Made by a program: the position numbers and the translations under genes. Positions 28,673-40,627 of a DNA stretch of 64,000 nucleotides are shown here, one piece after another (position 1 is the stretch's first letter; every line of letters begins with the position of its first letter). Below the pieces are notes generated by a model. It was not told the DNA's origin, made no database searches, and was given only the letters and a program-made list of their open reading frames with translations. The stretch comes from Toensbergia leucococca (taxonomy: Eukaryota), in the NCBI GenBank assembly GCA_022813965.1, contig JALDZS010000049.1, positions 62,001 through 126,000 on the forward strand, read 5' to 3'.

Positions 28673-29340
28673 ATGTATCTTGGGTCTCCACTCGTCGTCC
28701 TCTCCGCTCTCCTCCTCTCTACTACAAGCGCCAATCCTCTCGCCAAACGCTCAGGGGAGACCAATTACCTCGTCAACTGTGCCCTCGGAGGAACAACATA
28801 CTCGGAAATGGACTACTACTCCAACGGCGCGAACTCTCAAAACGGACAACAGCCCGACGACACTTGCGAGGTTGATGTTAGCGGCTATGAGACCTGGGAA
28901 GGTCACAGTGTCAGCTGCACATATCAAGATTCGGGTGTAACCTTCACCTCCAATATCTATTCAGGCGCCCAAAGCCAGCCCAACTATAGTAAGGCGGGCA
29001 CCGGACAGAACAATTACCATAGCTTCAATTGCTACAAGGATAACGGACGGCTGTTGTTTACCAAGGGCGAGGGTGTGCAATGCCGCAGCATCTATTACTG
29101 TGTTGATGTGAGTTATATAGATGCCTCCTCTCATGACTGCTACTTCATACGTATCCATCCTTCTGTGATGCGAGTCTTCATATGTCTACGCGTTCCTTTG
29201 CTCTGTGCACTTTACAATACCCAGACATACTACAGAAGCGGCATTCTCCACTCCTCGCTTGAATTCTTTAAGTTCTGGGAAAGGCAGTGGAGGAATATTG
29301 ATGGATGAGATAAAAGCTAACGGGCTGATTATAGGCGTAA
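28673..29340 (+). CDS. Small secreted cysteine-rich protein (146 aa, 6 Cys, Kex2-type KR site); exons 28673-29107, 29335-29340
   Basis: Signal peptide MYLGSPLVVLSALLLSTTSA, pro-peptide NPLAKR; GTGAGT donor after 'YYCVD'; GCTAAC/GCTGAT branch candidates then TAG acceptor followed by GCG TAA; TATAA-like element at about 28555. Confidence 0.8.
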
Positions 29341-31088
29341 TGCGATCCTTCTACGTCCTTGTCGCCCTTGGTGTGATTAAATTTCCTTAGTATTGAGGCG
29401 GTTGCAAGGCAGTGCGAGATTGAGATTAAGAATGAGAAATCTGATGCAACAGAGGATGTTGATCAGTTCAACTCGATAATGGCTCTTTCTGTTCCGCGAG
29501 TGTTATTTAAGTTTAAGAAGATCAGATTTGTCTAGCATGATTTCACACCCAATTTTTCACAGCCGCTCTGTTCATAACAAGCCATGTTAAGCCTATGTCA
29601 AAAGCTAGGATCTACAAGCAGATGAAAGCTACATTAGACTTGTGCAAAATATCTCCTCCATATGATATATGTCTACAGACCGAGGGACGTCGTAAAGAGC
29701 AAGCCTTCACTCCAAAAGACTTCATTCCCATAATCGCCATTAAACAGTAATGCACTCTACGCAGAAGTCAGCGTTCCTCACACAAATCATATTTTACAAT
29801 TTGGCATCGCTTTGCGCTCGCAACTTTTTCTAGCTGTCCGGCTCTCATTCCTAAGAGCCTACCCCGTCAGCGCACCCCCTACCCTCAGAAGCACTCGAAT
29901 ACGATTTCTAAAAGCGTCATTCAAACCCTCTTTGACGACCACGCTTCCGTAAAGCACATGCAGACTTCAGTAAGTATCACAAGCGTGATCTTAAGCTCTC
30001 TTGATAGTCTGCATATGTGGCAGAAAGCCAGCTTCTTTGATATTCGCCGCAACGATATCGATACAATAGCAGTACTTGGCAGTCGATGCAGTTGACAGTT
30101 GGTGCACTCTGAGGATTTCAGTAGCAGGTTCAAATCAGTTGAAAATAACTAGATGAGTAATTAATGTTTTCATTTATTTTTCGTACCTCTTTTTCAAAGT
30201 AGCTTTGAGTAGAATACTCTACGACGAAAATGGAGTTATTTTTCAGTAGGAAGCCCGATCCAATACCCAGGCTTAGAATGCTTCGTGCATACTCTCCACC
30301 ACGACCGAATATTCAAGCACTCCAAGCGCGAAGTGCGGGGGATCTTCAACATGCTGCAGAGCTACTACAGACAAACGCTTCAAAGTGGAGAACATGCCTT
30401 GGTCAAATCTTGGCTCTGAGACATCTTCGCCGGTGCGGTGCGGGGGAAACAACCTGTTCGTTAAGTCGGCCAAAGTCTCTTCGTTGTTGACCTGACTCCC
30501 AAGGGGGGCGTCGAGGCGCTGCCATGAGGAACACTCAGCTTCATGTTGAACACAGGAAAGCTGATCACCATCACCCCGTTGACTATTTCTCTCTATTCGA
30601 GGACCATGCTTTAAATCATGTTTCTGGCCTACGTGCGTCTGCATAGTATTGACAGGCAACACCTCATTCAGAAGACCGATCTGAATACGAAAGCCAGAAA
30701 CTGATTTACAAGTTTACTGGAGCGCTTGTTGATTGCGTTCTGGCTACGATTGCTCACGCATCTCTGACCGTGGAGAGGACTGCGCTTCTACCATGCAGGA
30801 TGGGAATGTGTTGCATATCACGCATGCAACTTTCAAAAGTCCAACATCCTCCTGCCCACAAAATGTCAACGAGTGCAAGGATCGTAACGATAAAGGGCAG
30901 CGGGGCTGTCAAGCTAATGTAACTTTCTCCGGAGAAAGGGGGCCCGGAACAGATGAGCCATAGCACACATCCCGGCTCTATACCATCAGCGATGAGGAAT
31001 ATAAGAATCGTTCCATCCTCGCCCCCCAAAACAAAGTACCAAGTACCAACCTCCCCCCTTCCCAAGGCCACCAAACCTCTCAATCAAG

Positions 31089-31749
31089 ATGCACCTCCAC
31101 CACCTCCTTCTCTTCCCTCTTCTAAGCTCCCTCACAGCAGCACTCCCAACCCCCGACTTCTCCCTCACCATCACAGTCACCGACGCCGCAACCGTCGCAC
31201 CCAAGTCGTAAAGTCCACCCCCACCAACCCCCAAGCAAAGCCGATAAGGAAAAAAAGAAGAAAACGAAGCAAAGAAATTCAGACCAATAAACTAATTCCC
31301 TTACCTGGGCAACCAGTCCCGCGCACACCCAAGGCGACCCCCTCTGCTGGCTAAAATGCTCCCCAAAACCCCTCGACTGCCCCGAAGACATGGCAAGTTT
31401 GCTTCCCTCCACCCTGAGCTTCAAAGAAGCAGAAAGAAACCCAAAAAAAAACTTACTGACGAGGATCCCATTCTTTGCAGGAGCAATTCAAGCATGATGT
31501 ATGTCTGTTGCAATTTTGCCGCGGGGATCACCCCCCATCCAAATTTTCCTCCCCTTTGCAGTGTCCTCGGAATCTGCTCTGAAACTCTTCCTTGAATCGT
31601 TTCTGAACAACGCTGCTTGGCTCTGCTGACGCATGTGTCGTTGTGTGTTTGTTGTCTAGAATTGCAACACGTGCTGCACCAAGGACTATGACCAGGACGG
31701 ATGGGAAAGGTTGCTGAGGCAGGGTGGGGAGGTGGAACTCAGGAGATAA
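31089..31749 (+). CDS. Four-exon secreted Cys-rich peptide (100 aa), absent from the ORF track; exons 31089-31207, 31317-31392, 31481-31498, 31660-31749
   Basis: Spliced MHLHHLLLFPLLSSLTAALPTPDFSLTITVTDAATVAPKSPAHTQGDPLCWLKCSPKPLDCPEDMEQFKHDNCNTCCTKDYDQDGWERLLRQGGEVELRR; each intron has donor, branch point (ACTAAT/ACTGAC/GCTGAC) and YAG; phases match. Confidence 0.82.
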
Positions 31750-32167
31750 GGGGGCTTACCCGGTCGGTCAGGATGACGATCTGTGAGGTGGATGGGATTG
31801 AACTTTGTATAGAAAGATTTGAGGATATCACGATTGAGGGAATCATGGACTTATTGAAAGTTGTGTTGTGAGGATTCCATCTGCCGCCCCCCCCCCAACA
31901 ACCATAAAATGTTTTCGATTTCCAGACCACAATCATCCCATTCCCCAACCACACAACCGGAGAAAATCGAACAAAAAAACTCATCCAAAACCCGCATGCC
32001 TAAATCCACATCTCCCGCTCCAAAAAAAAAAACACACTTCTAAAACTCCAAAAGTGGCATCCAAATCTCCCATAACATCCCCACTAAACCACCCCCCCCC
32101 ATCAATCCCTCCAAACAGCAGAGAGAGAGAAAAACACAAAGTCTCTCAATCGAAAAAAAGCAAAACC

Positions 32168-32686
32168 TCACGTCCCCCCTCCCGACCCCACCCTCCCCCT
32201 CCCCCCACAAGGCTCATACGCCGGCGGCGGCGTCGCCAACCCATCCTCCTCTTCCCCCCCGGCCCCAGCCCCAGCCCCAACACCTCCAAACCCCACCCCC
32301 CCGGCACGATTCCCATACCTAGCACCCGCATACCGGCCCCTCCCCTGCTGCGCCGCCGCAGCTCCCGACTTGTTATTCCCATTCCTATGACTGCCATCAT
32401 GATAATTGCGATTGTGATTGTGATTGCCGCCGACCAGATACTCGGCGGGGCGACCTCCGCTGGAGGAGGAGGAGGAGCCGATGCAGCGGCTGCGCTTGGA
32501 GGCTCCGATGCAGATTGCGATGGCGATGGTGGTGATGAAGAGGATGGAGATGACGATGGTGATGGGGATGACGGTTGGGAGTTTTGTGGGTGCCGGGTTG
32601 CTGGGTTGCGGGGTGAAGGGGGTGGAGGCGGCGGGGATGTTGGAGTCGAGGATTGTGCCTGCTGGGTTGGTGGGGTGGGGGGCCAT
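32168..32686 (-). CDS. Small single-pass membrane protein with a PPxY motif
   Basis: 172 aa: P/T-rich N-terminus, TM 'VIPITIVISILFITTIAIAICIGA', then 'SKRSR', cytosolic 'PPPAYEP'. Confidence 0.65.
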   Translation of the reverse strand: MAPHPTNPAGTILDSNIPAASTPFTPQPSNPAPTKLPTVIPITIVISILFITTIAIAICIGASKRSRCIGSSSSSSGGRPAEYLVGGNHNHNRNYHDGSHRNGNNKSGAAAAQQGRGRYAGARYGNRAGGVGFGGVGAGAGAGGEEEDGLATPPPAYEPCGGRGRVGSGGGT

Positions 32687-32984
32687 TTGTTTTTTTGTTT
32701 TTGTTTTTGGTTTTTGGTTTGTGGGGCGGGGAAGTTGGAGGGGTGGGTTTGTTGGGCGAGGAGAGTTTGGGGAGGTGGGTTGGAGATGAGGTTCGAGGTT
32801 GGTTTTTCTTGAGGGTGAGAGGGGGGGGGGGAGCGGTTGGTGGTGGTAGAGGTTGGCGTTGTCTTGGATTCGGATTCGGCAAGGGTGGTTGAGGGGAGTA
32901 AGGGGAGGGAGGTTTGCTCAGGAGATGATCTGCCAAATCGGCATGTTTTGCGAAAATGGGTACGGATTTGCTTGAAGACAGAGT

Positions 32985-33013
32985 CAGAGATAGAGAGAGA
33001 GATAGAGAGAGAG
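32985..33013. repeat. Interrupted (AG)n microsatellite upstream of the PPxY membrane gene
   Basis: agagatagagagagagatagagagagag read directly. Confidence 0.8.
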
Positions 33014-33615
33014 GGCAAAAGGAAGAGAAAGCGGGAAAATCGGGCATGAAGTAGAGTAGTCTACAAGCAATGGGGGACTCTATTGAGCGCGGGTAATGAA
33101 ATCACCATTTCACGATGCGCAGCAAGGCATTTTGTTATTCAAACAGACCGGCAGAGCGCGTGTACAAATTGGGAGGCGCAATCAGGTGGGCATGTCTGAG
33201 GTTGATGTCTGAGGTTGTTGTCGCATACTTTTTATTGGAGTGGGTGGAGCTGGAGGCAGTGGAGGTTGACACTTGAGACTGACACTTGGGTGCTGTGCCA
33301 CTGTAGGGCTGAATCTTGAATTACTCGTCCCACTTGTGTCTGGTCTAGCAATCCAACAAAACGAGAAGGTGTGAAGATAACCCTCATTCCATTCAAAATT
33401 CAATCCTCACTACTCTCAATCAGCACCTGCCAGCTTCTGTATCTCTCGCCTCGTTATTCAAGCCTTATTATTTCATCATGTTCCGGCTCTCTTTCGATTC
33501 TTCATGGTAGTCTATCCTTTCTACAGGCTCGATGTAGATCTTATGGTGAGATTGTGTAGGTTTGGCATTGATCAGCTCAGTGACAGCTACTGGCCTCTCG
33601 CGTAGAACCTCTTCG

Positions 33616-34283
33616 TTAAAGATCCTTTTCGATTTCAGCTGTTTTTAGAGCCTCTCTCGTAGAATCTCTTTCTTCAAGATTCTTCTCGGTTTTTGCTGGT
33701 TTCTTAGAATATCTAGACTCTCGAGCTTCTCTCCATTCTCTTTCAATCCTGTCTGCACGCGGCTCTACGGGAACTTGACGTGGGATGGGCTCAATGGAGG
33801 GGGTAGGATGGCGGTCTTGGGACTCAGCAGTTCGTCGATCTCTAGTCGGACTGCGACGCTGGGGAGGCTTCAAATTGAATTGGCGATTGGGCGATCTTGA
33901 TCGACGTCGAAGGGCGGCTGCGGTCCTCGAGAATCTGGCTTCATGTGGTCGCCACCTGAAAATTGTTCGCCCGGTTATGTCCTTCACATCGATGTCTTGA
34001 AATCCGAGGGTGCATGAGCTACCGCCTTCGACAAGGACGACACTACAATAACCTGTGGTGAGGTTATGGAACGAAAGTCTGCCACGTGCATGATTGATAG
34101 TCCTAGTCAGGCTGTTTCCCACGCCTATGCTTCCAAAGTCAAGGCATGGTATTGATATGCTGAGTTGTGTGGCCGTAAGGAGTGTGAATGATATGTGAGG
34201 CCTCGACTGTGCCGGAGAGATTTCAGTTTCCGAAGAAGGATCACTAAATCGACTGCAAAGGAAGCACTCACCTGACTTGCCAT
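33616..34283 (-). CDS. Orphan hypothetical protein (about 200 aa, RS/charged C-terminus); exons 34283-34272, 34206-33616
   Basis: ATG GCA AGT CAG|GTGAGT donor and CACAG acceptor splice in frame into the long ORF ('SRPHISF...RRRSRSP...'). Confidence 0.4.
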
Positions 34284-34728
34284 GCTTCAACTTGTCGATA
34301 ACGGAAAGACTCGGTGGATTTCGAGCTTGCTGACGATGGATGTACTGATACAACAAACACTTTTGTCAAGAGTAAATCCGGTGTATTTGCGAAAGTGTTG
34401 AAAAGACAAGAGGATCAATTTGGGAGGTGCTTGTCCATAGGCAGCGAAATTAACTGGAGTGGTTTGAGAGCTGTATGCTTGGTGGTCCGCGGAAGGACCT
34501 TGGTTGATGTAAGAAGGAGAGCGCAGGCGATGGTGAGGAAGTGTTGGAAAAAGGTTGATGAATACGAAAGAACAGTGAATGAAGGAATTGACCTCGACAA
34601 TCTCCTCAACTTCAAACAAGCTCAATTCATGCTACTGAGTCGGGCCAAAGAGGCTGGGGAATCATCAGTCGGACTCTTCTATGCTCGTTTGCTCATGATA
34701 AGTATAATATGCAATTCTCCTCCGCTTC

Positions 34729-36113
34729 TTATTCCTTGACCCACACCGCAGCCATTCCCATCCCCGTCCCAATGCACATACTTGTCACTCCGACCTTCTC
34801 TCCCGTTCGGCCAAGCTCACTGAATAAGGTGGACACCTGTCTCGCTCCAGTGCATCCCAGAGGATGGCCAAAGGCGATTGCCCCTCCGTTAGGATTCACC
34901 TACTCAACTGCATTAGCCCATCGTCCTGAACCCTAGGCCGATAACCCTCGAGACCTACCTTCCGCTCATCCAACCCCAGCCCTTTAATGCACCAGACACA
35001 TTGACTTGCAAAAGCTTCGTTGATCTCATAGACATCAACATCCTCCTTTGAGAGCCCGGCCTTTTCTAGCGCGATTGGGATGGATTTCCAAGGCCCAATC
35101 CCCATAAGCAACGGCTTCACCCCTATAATGGAGCTAGTGACGAATTTCCCAATGATCTTCTGCCCAAGTCTCTCGGCTGTACTTCGTTTCATCAATAGAA
35201 CTGCTGCCGCTCCATCAGAAATCTGACTAGCGTTTCCTGCATGTATACTTCCGTCCTTTGCAAATGCAGGCTTCATCTTCCCTAAGCTCTCGGCTGTAGT
35301 ACCGGGCCTAATGCCATCGTCCTTGTCTACCGTAACAATTTGCTCCTCGTCCGTCTTCGGATTCACGTATTTTACGGTCAACGGTGCAATTTCCTGATCA
35401 AATTTTCCTTGCTGCTGCGCCCTGAAAGCTTTCTGGTATGACAACGCAGCGAAAGCGTCTTGGTCCTTTCTTAGAATATTTTGGTCTTGGGCCATTTTCT
35501 CACTCAGCACGCCCATAGGGACTTTGCAGTTCTTAGATTCGGGATGGGAGTCGAGGAGTTCTGAGAACTCAGTCACGGCACCAGGACCGTATTGCGTGGA
35601 CATAGATTCAACGCCTGACCCTATTCCTACCTCGATCATTCCGGATCGAATGGCATTTGCTATGTTGGCACATGCTTGGAGGCCACTTGAGCACTGTCTA
35701 TTCAAGGAATACACAGCTGTAGTTTCAGGAAAGCCCGCTACCAGTGCTGCGGCACGAAATTCTGTGGCTCCACCACCGGGTGCAAGGACAGAGCCGACAG
35801 CTATGTCTTCCACAAGAGCAGGATCGATGTGTGAGCGAGATACAATGGATTTTAACGTGTGAACAAGGAGGTCCGCTCCAGCAGTGTCTTTCAGTAGGCC
35901 CTTGCCGCCCCTTGTGAAGGGGGTGCGGAGAGCACAGGTAACAACTATGTCCGAGGGAGATTTGGCGAGCACAGCATCACGGCCACGAGGAATGTCAGCT
36001 TCGGAAGAGGCGAGGTGTGATTGTACCTGGGAAAGGCGTTGTTGTGCTACAATGAGGAAAGATTGTTACTTGGAGAACTCATTGACTCGGAAAAAGAGCT
36101 TACCTTGTGACAT
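34729..36113 (-). CDS. POT1: Peroxisomal 3-ketoacyl-CoA thiolase; exons 36113-36104, 36046-34959, 34899-34729
   Basis: PTS2 'RLSQVQSHL', catalytic 'NRQCSSGL', 'NEAFA', 'GHPLGCTG', 'SMCIGTGMG'. Confidence 0.96.
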
Positions 36114-36267
36114 TTTACCGGTATTTAGGGCAAAGGGCAAGGGGCGAGCTGTGGAACGGGCTTCGAATGTGGGTCACTGATATGGATTAGAGAGGAGGGC
36201 GTTCTTAAGAGAGAAGAAGGATTCACGAGGTTGCATTATTTGTTGCATGTTGTATCCTTTGACGTTG

Positions 36268-36273
36268 CCTCGG
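36268..36273. promoter_or_regulatory. FarA/FarB-type fatty-acid response element (CCTCGG)
   Basis: CCTCGG about 155 bp upstream of the thiolase ATG; known motif for beta-oxidation genes in filamentous ascomycetes. Confidence 0.5.
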
Positions 36274-36890
36274 TTGGCTGCGGAATAATAGTAATTTTGG
36301 TCATTCCTCCGCGCTTTCACATGTTGCTGCAGGTACGGAGTATTTATCTATAATATTACGGATTTAAATACAGCATCTCCTGCTACGTACCGACTCGTGT
36401 CAATATCATTATCATTATCATTATCCGTATTATTTTATCTCACTTTTTAACCTGAGATATGAAAAGTGAAAAATGACACCGAGTTTCAAATCACCCTGGC
36501 CAGAGATATAAATGTCCTGAGTAGGGAGGCATCTTCCATTAATACCCCATTTCTTATTTCCCTGTGACACAAAATCTCTAAATCTAACCGTACGGAGTTT
36601 AAACATACATTTAGATCTCTACAGTAATGTTGAAATTATTCCCTTTACAAAAGTCAGCTTGATCCGATTGCACTAGAAAATCACTAGCATATATGAGACT
36701 CCAAGGTCATGCGGGAAGAAATGGCCTACATGAAGCAATCGTCATGTTAGATTGGAGTGATGGTGAAGGATAAGATAGGTACTCTAATATCTGCATTTTG
36801 AATCAATGCTAAAATGAATCCGCCACCCTAAAGCTATAATCTCGCCGCCAAAGACTACCCGCAGACCAATCCCATTCATATCTTTCGCGG

Positions 36891-39775
36891 TCAAGCCCCA
36901 ATCACCCTTTCCGCCTCCGCTTCCATACCGCTTACATCAACCCCCGCCCCATCTAGCCATCTCCTCGCCTTATAAACCACCAATTCCCAAATCCCCTCCT
37001 CTGCTCGCATCTTCTTCTCCAAATACACCACTACCACCAACGTGACCCATTCCTTCCCACCAACACGCTCAAAAGCCCCTGCCCCCATACCCAATATCAT
37101 TTTAATTAGTCTCTCACTAAAGTCCCACCATTCCTCAAAATCCTGCAGTCCAATAATCGCATGCACTTTTTCGTTGTCGGTCATCAACGCTACCGGGAGA
37201 GTGATTTCTTGCCTCACGGTGCGGTTCTGCTCAGCACTTGGCGCTGGGCGGGAGGTATATTCCATGACATGAGCTGGCTCCCTCAGGGCACCGAAAAGAG
37301 TGATTCCGACATTACCCATACTCGATAGAGGTGTGTCATTGGAACGCGTGCCGGACCGCAGGGAAGGAGAAGGCATTGACAGCAGGGTACTACCTCCTCT
37401 TGAACCAAAGAGTGTCGAGGGAGAAGAGGGAGATGTATCATAGAACCCGTGTCCCATATTACCTTCGCATTCCGATTTCGACTCTTGATCGCCCTAATTT
37501 AATTAGTACGAAGTCAAATTATCCGCGTTCTCCATTCAAGAAAAGGCATAGTGACCCATGTCGGTCCATAGAATGTGTACGAATAGATTGTGGTGTCCCA
37601 GAATACGACGAGAAGAAACCGAATCACGTAATCAACAAGAAAGAGGCCACTCACCATGCGAGAAATCCATAATACATTCTCTTCGTTTACATCGCCGGCC
37701 TTGTCAGGTTCAGTCATTCGATCTTTGTTGTTCTTTTCGTCCACCGACACAGCAACAAAAGAGCAGAATTTCCCACCAACTTGATATCCAACGCCCAAGC
37801 GAACAGCTTCTCGCTCGACAATCTCATCATAACGGCCTGGATAATGCTGTTTGACTGATTTCTCATTCTTATCTTTGGCATCAACAAGCCACCCGCGATC
37901 TTCTTCAAGATCCCGGACTGCTTTCTTAGCAGCAAGCTGATGGATGGTTTCGCCGGGTTCGGAGAGTGTCTCTATAGGGATTTCAATCTCTAGTGGTCCA
38001 TGGATGGATGTGGCTCGTAGAACCACAGATCTAATATTCTTCTGCTGCGCTTGAGGGGACATGAGTAGATAGACTGTCGATCTTGTGAAAGGGAACAACG
38101 GTGGAATCTGATGTGGAGCCTGGAGCACTTTCGGCGTGGGGATCTCAGGTAAGTGAGAATAACGACCCTTTTCTTCCTGATCAGATGGGCTCTCAATTTT
38201 CATTGCATCAGGATTAGTCTGAGGATCAAACAGAGATATAGGCTTTTTCTCTGATGCCGGCTCCTGCCTCATAGTATGCTCTGTAAGGAGTACGCTGAGG
38301 CTATCCGTTACCCAGTCTATCAACTCATAATCATCCTCACCCGAGTCAGGGTCCTCGTATTTAACCTCCAAGCTGTAGTCTGTGACGTGCGGAGAAAGTC
38401 CTCCCTTCAACATTCGAACGACTTTACTGTCAAGCTTCTCGTCCTCTCCAACCGCCTGCGAGAATCCGTTGCCAGCACGGGCTATACCCTCAATAAACGC
38501 ATGTGATACACTATTTCCGACACCAAGTGTGAAGACACGAATGCCAGACTCGCTATTATTTACGGCTTCATTCAAGTATGTGAAGATTTCCTGTTGATCC
38601 CAAACCTCGCCGTCAGTCAGCAGCATAATCTCGCAAGGGATATCGACGTATCGGCTCTCGATCGAGGCTTTGATGGCTGTGAATATCTCGGTGCCGCCTA
38701 GACTTGCATCGAAACTCTCCACGTATGACGTGGATTCTAGGAGCGTGTCCTGACTATACAGCTTTGATTTCTGCCACAAAAAGGAATGAAACGTGCCGAA
38801 GGAGCAGATGTTGAACTTGACCCCGAGGGGTAGAGATTTCAAGAATACCTTCATAGCAGAGACCAACGTAGGGATTTTGGAGCTCATACTTCCACTACGA
38901 TCAACGAGGAAGATGATCTCGGGTCGGCTTGGTGGCAGGGAGAATTTTGGTATCAGGGTGACCATTAAAGCTCGTTGGTTCTGTATGGTTGGGTGGTTCT
39001 CCAGGAGTCCCTTCGGAAGGTTGCTGCTTTTGGCCAAAACTATCAAAACGAAGTCTTTATCAAGTCCTGTAGATTTTAGTGAAAGAGTGGCAGAAGCACG
39101 ATGCAGCACTGGAGTAGCATCGGTATGTGTAGAAATATTGCTCATGGTGACGGCGATTGGGTGGCTGGGACACTGAATCCCTTGAATGGAAGATCCTTCG
39201 GCCACGCTCACATCGACTGTAATGTTGAAAGCACCTTTTTGTTTTGTGCAAGTTGAACCCTGACTAGTGACAAGGTCAGGTCGAGACCAATAACGAGGCG
39301 CAATTTTGGTCGGAAGAGTAAAGCGTATGCCATCAGCTTCGGCATCATGCTTCAACTCGCCCACGTAGGTAATCTCAACAATGACACTTTCGCCAGAAGG
39401 AACATTACCTAGCCTCGTGCTAAACACATCCGATGCCTCCTTGAGCTGCTCGAATAGACCAGCGGCTTTACCACGTGGAACAGCTTTATCGTAAACGGCT
39501 CTGGCTTGACCTCTCTCTTTCACCACGCCGCATAGAAGACGGGAGCCAACACGACATGTAAAAGCAACGACACTAACGCCATCATAGAGCGGGAAGCTGT
39601 AGATACAATCCCTGATAGCATCGTTAGGAGAAGGGTTAGAAAATGTTTGTGTAAGTTTGGTACGCGAGGCTGTGGAGAAGATAGTAGTATGAGCCTCTAC
39701 TTGGACGGTCGGAAGACTACAGGTATTGGATCCATCAAGAAAGTAGCATCCGTAGCGCTGCAAAATGGGAGCCAT
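36891..39775 (-). CDS. VIT + von Willebrand factor A domain protein (VWA5A-like); exons 39775-37655, 37493-36891
   Basis: VIT 'QTFSNP...YSFPLYDGVSVVAF', MIDAS 'FLVDRSGSM', 'LLTDG'; phase-0 intron joins the two ORFs; C-terminal 'WELVVYKARRWL'. Confidence 0.9.
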
Positions 39776-40627
39776 TCTGAGATTGAACGTGGTTTAAATA
39801 ACAGAGGATAGGTGTGTAGGCTGAGATGTGGGGTTCATGCTCCCTTCAAGAGCATCCGGGTGGCAGTTGCCTAAGTGAAGCTGCATTGTAGGCATCAAGG
39901 AATGAATCACGGAGAAGATGAAGCACACGCTTGAGTTCTTGGAGGGGAAGAGTATTTCACGTATCAAAATCTTGTGTTACGGCTCTCACACAGAATCGAA
40001 GTACAAGAAACGTCTTGAACGGCACACCGTGAAATAAAAGAAACCAAGCAAATCACTTGGGAAAGCGGCCATAATTTAGAATTCAGTCATCACACTAGGA
40101 ATGTATGCCAGTCTGAAGGAGTCGAGAGTACGAGTTCGAATTGGGTTGCTAAGATTATTGATCGCTATGTGGTGCAAAATTATGATGTTCCCTAGATGAT
40201 CCTGCGGCTGGTGGTGTCGATGTACTGAAAAGGGGTATCGCTGAAATTTATACTGGATTGACTGTCCAAATACAGCTAACTCGCTATTCTAGGTAACATG
40301 CATGTCTCCTCATTTCAACATCTGTGTATCAGCGAGTCAGCATACTGTATGCACGTTTTACGAGTGTGTAACGCAGATGTAAGAGGCAAATTTATCAGTT
40401 GACATAATATAATCAGTGCTTGGCATAATCAAGAAGGTGAAAGTTCGTCGACATTTCTGGACCTACGGCACAAATATGCTGCAGTCCTATTACTGTTATA
40501 ATTCCACGTGAGTGCTAGCTTACCCCAGGCACCTCCAGGCTCCAGCCTGCAGTCAGTCCTGAAACTCCGTGGATATCTAGGTAGCCCGATTACCCAGACG
40601 CTAAACCCTCAAATTTCAATATCAAGA

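Noticed and set aside
30230..30662. 86-aa (+) and 129-aa (-) ORFs
   Set aside because: No motif, signal peptide or convincing splice structure
30953..31595. ORF-track 133-aa and 79-aa plus-strand ORFs
   Set aside because: They run through introns of, or are off-frame to, the spliced Cys-peptide gene
31868..33047. Long overlapping ORFs of 314, 290 and 216 aa
   Set aside because: By-products of C/G-skewed low-complexity DNA lacking stop codons; only 32168-32686 has a coherent TM plus PPxY architecture
34314..34739. 141-aa plus-strand ORF abutting the POT1 stop
   Set aside because: Non-ATG start, antisense to the POT1 3' region, no recognisable domain
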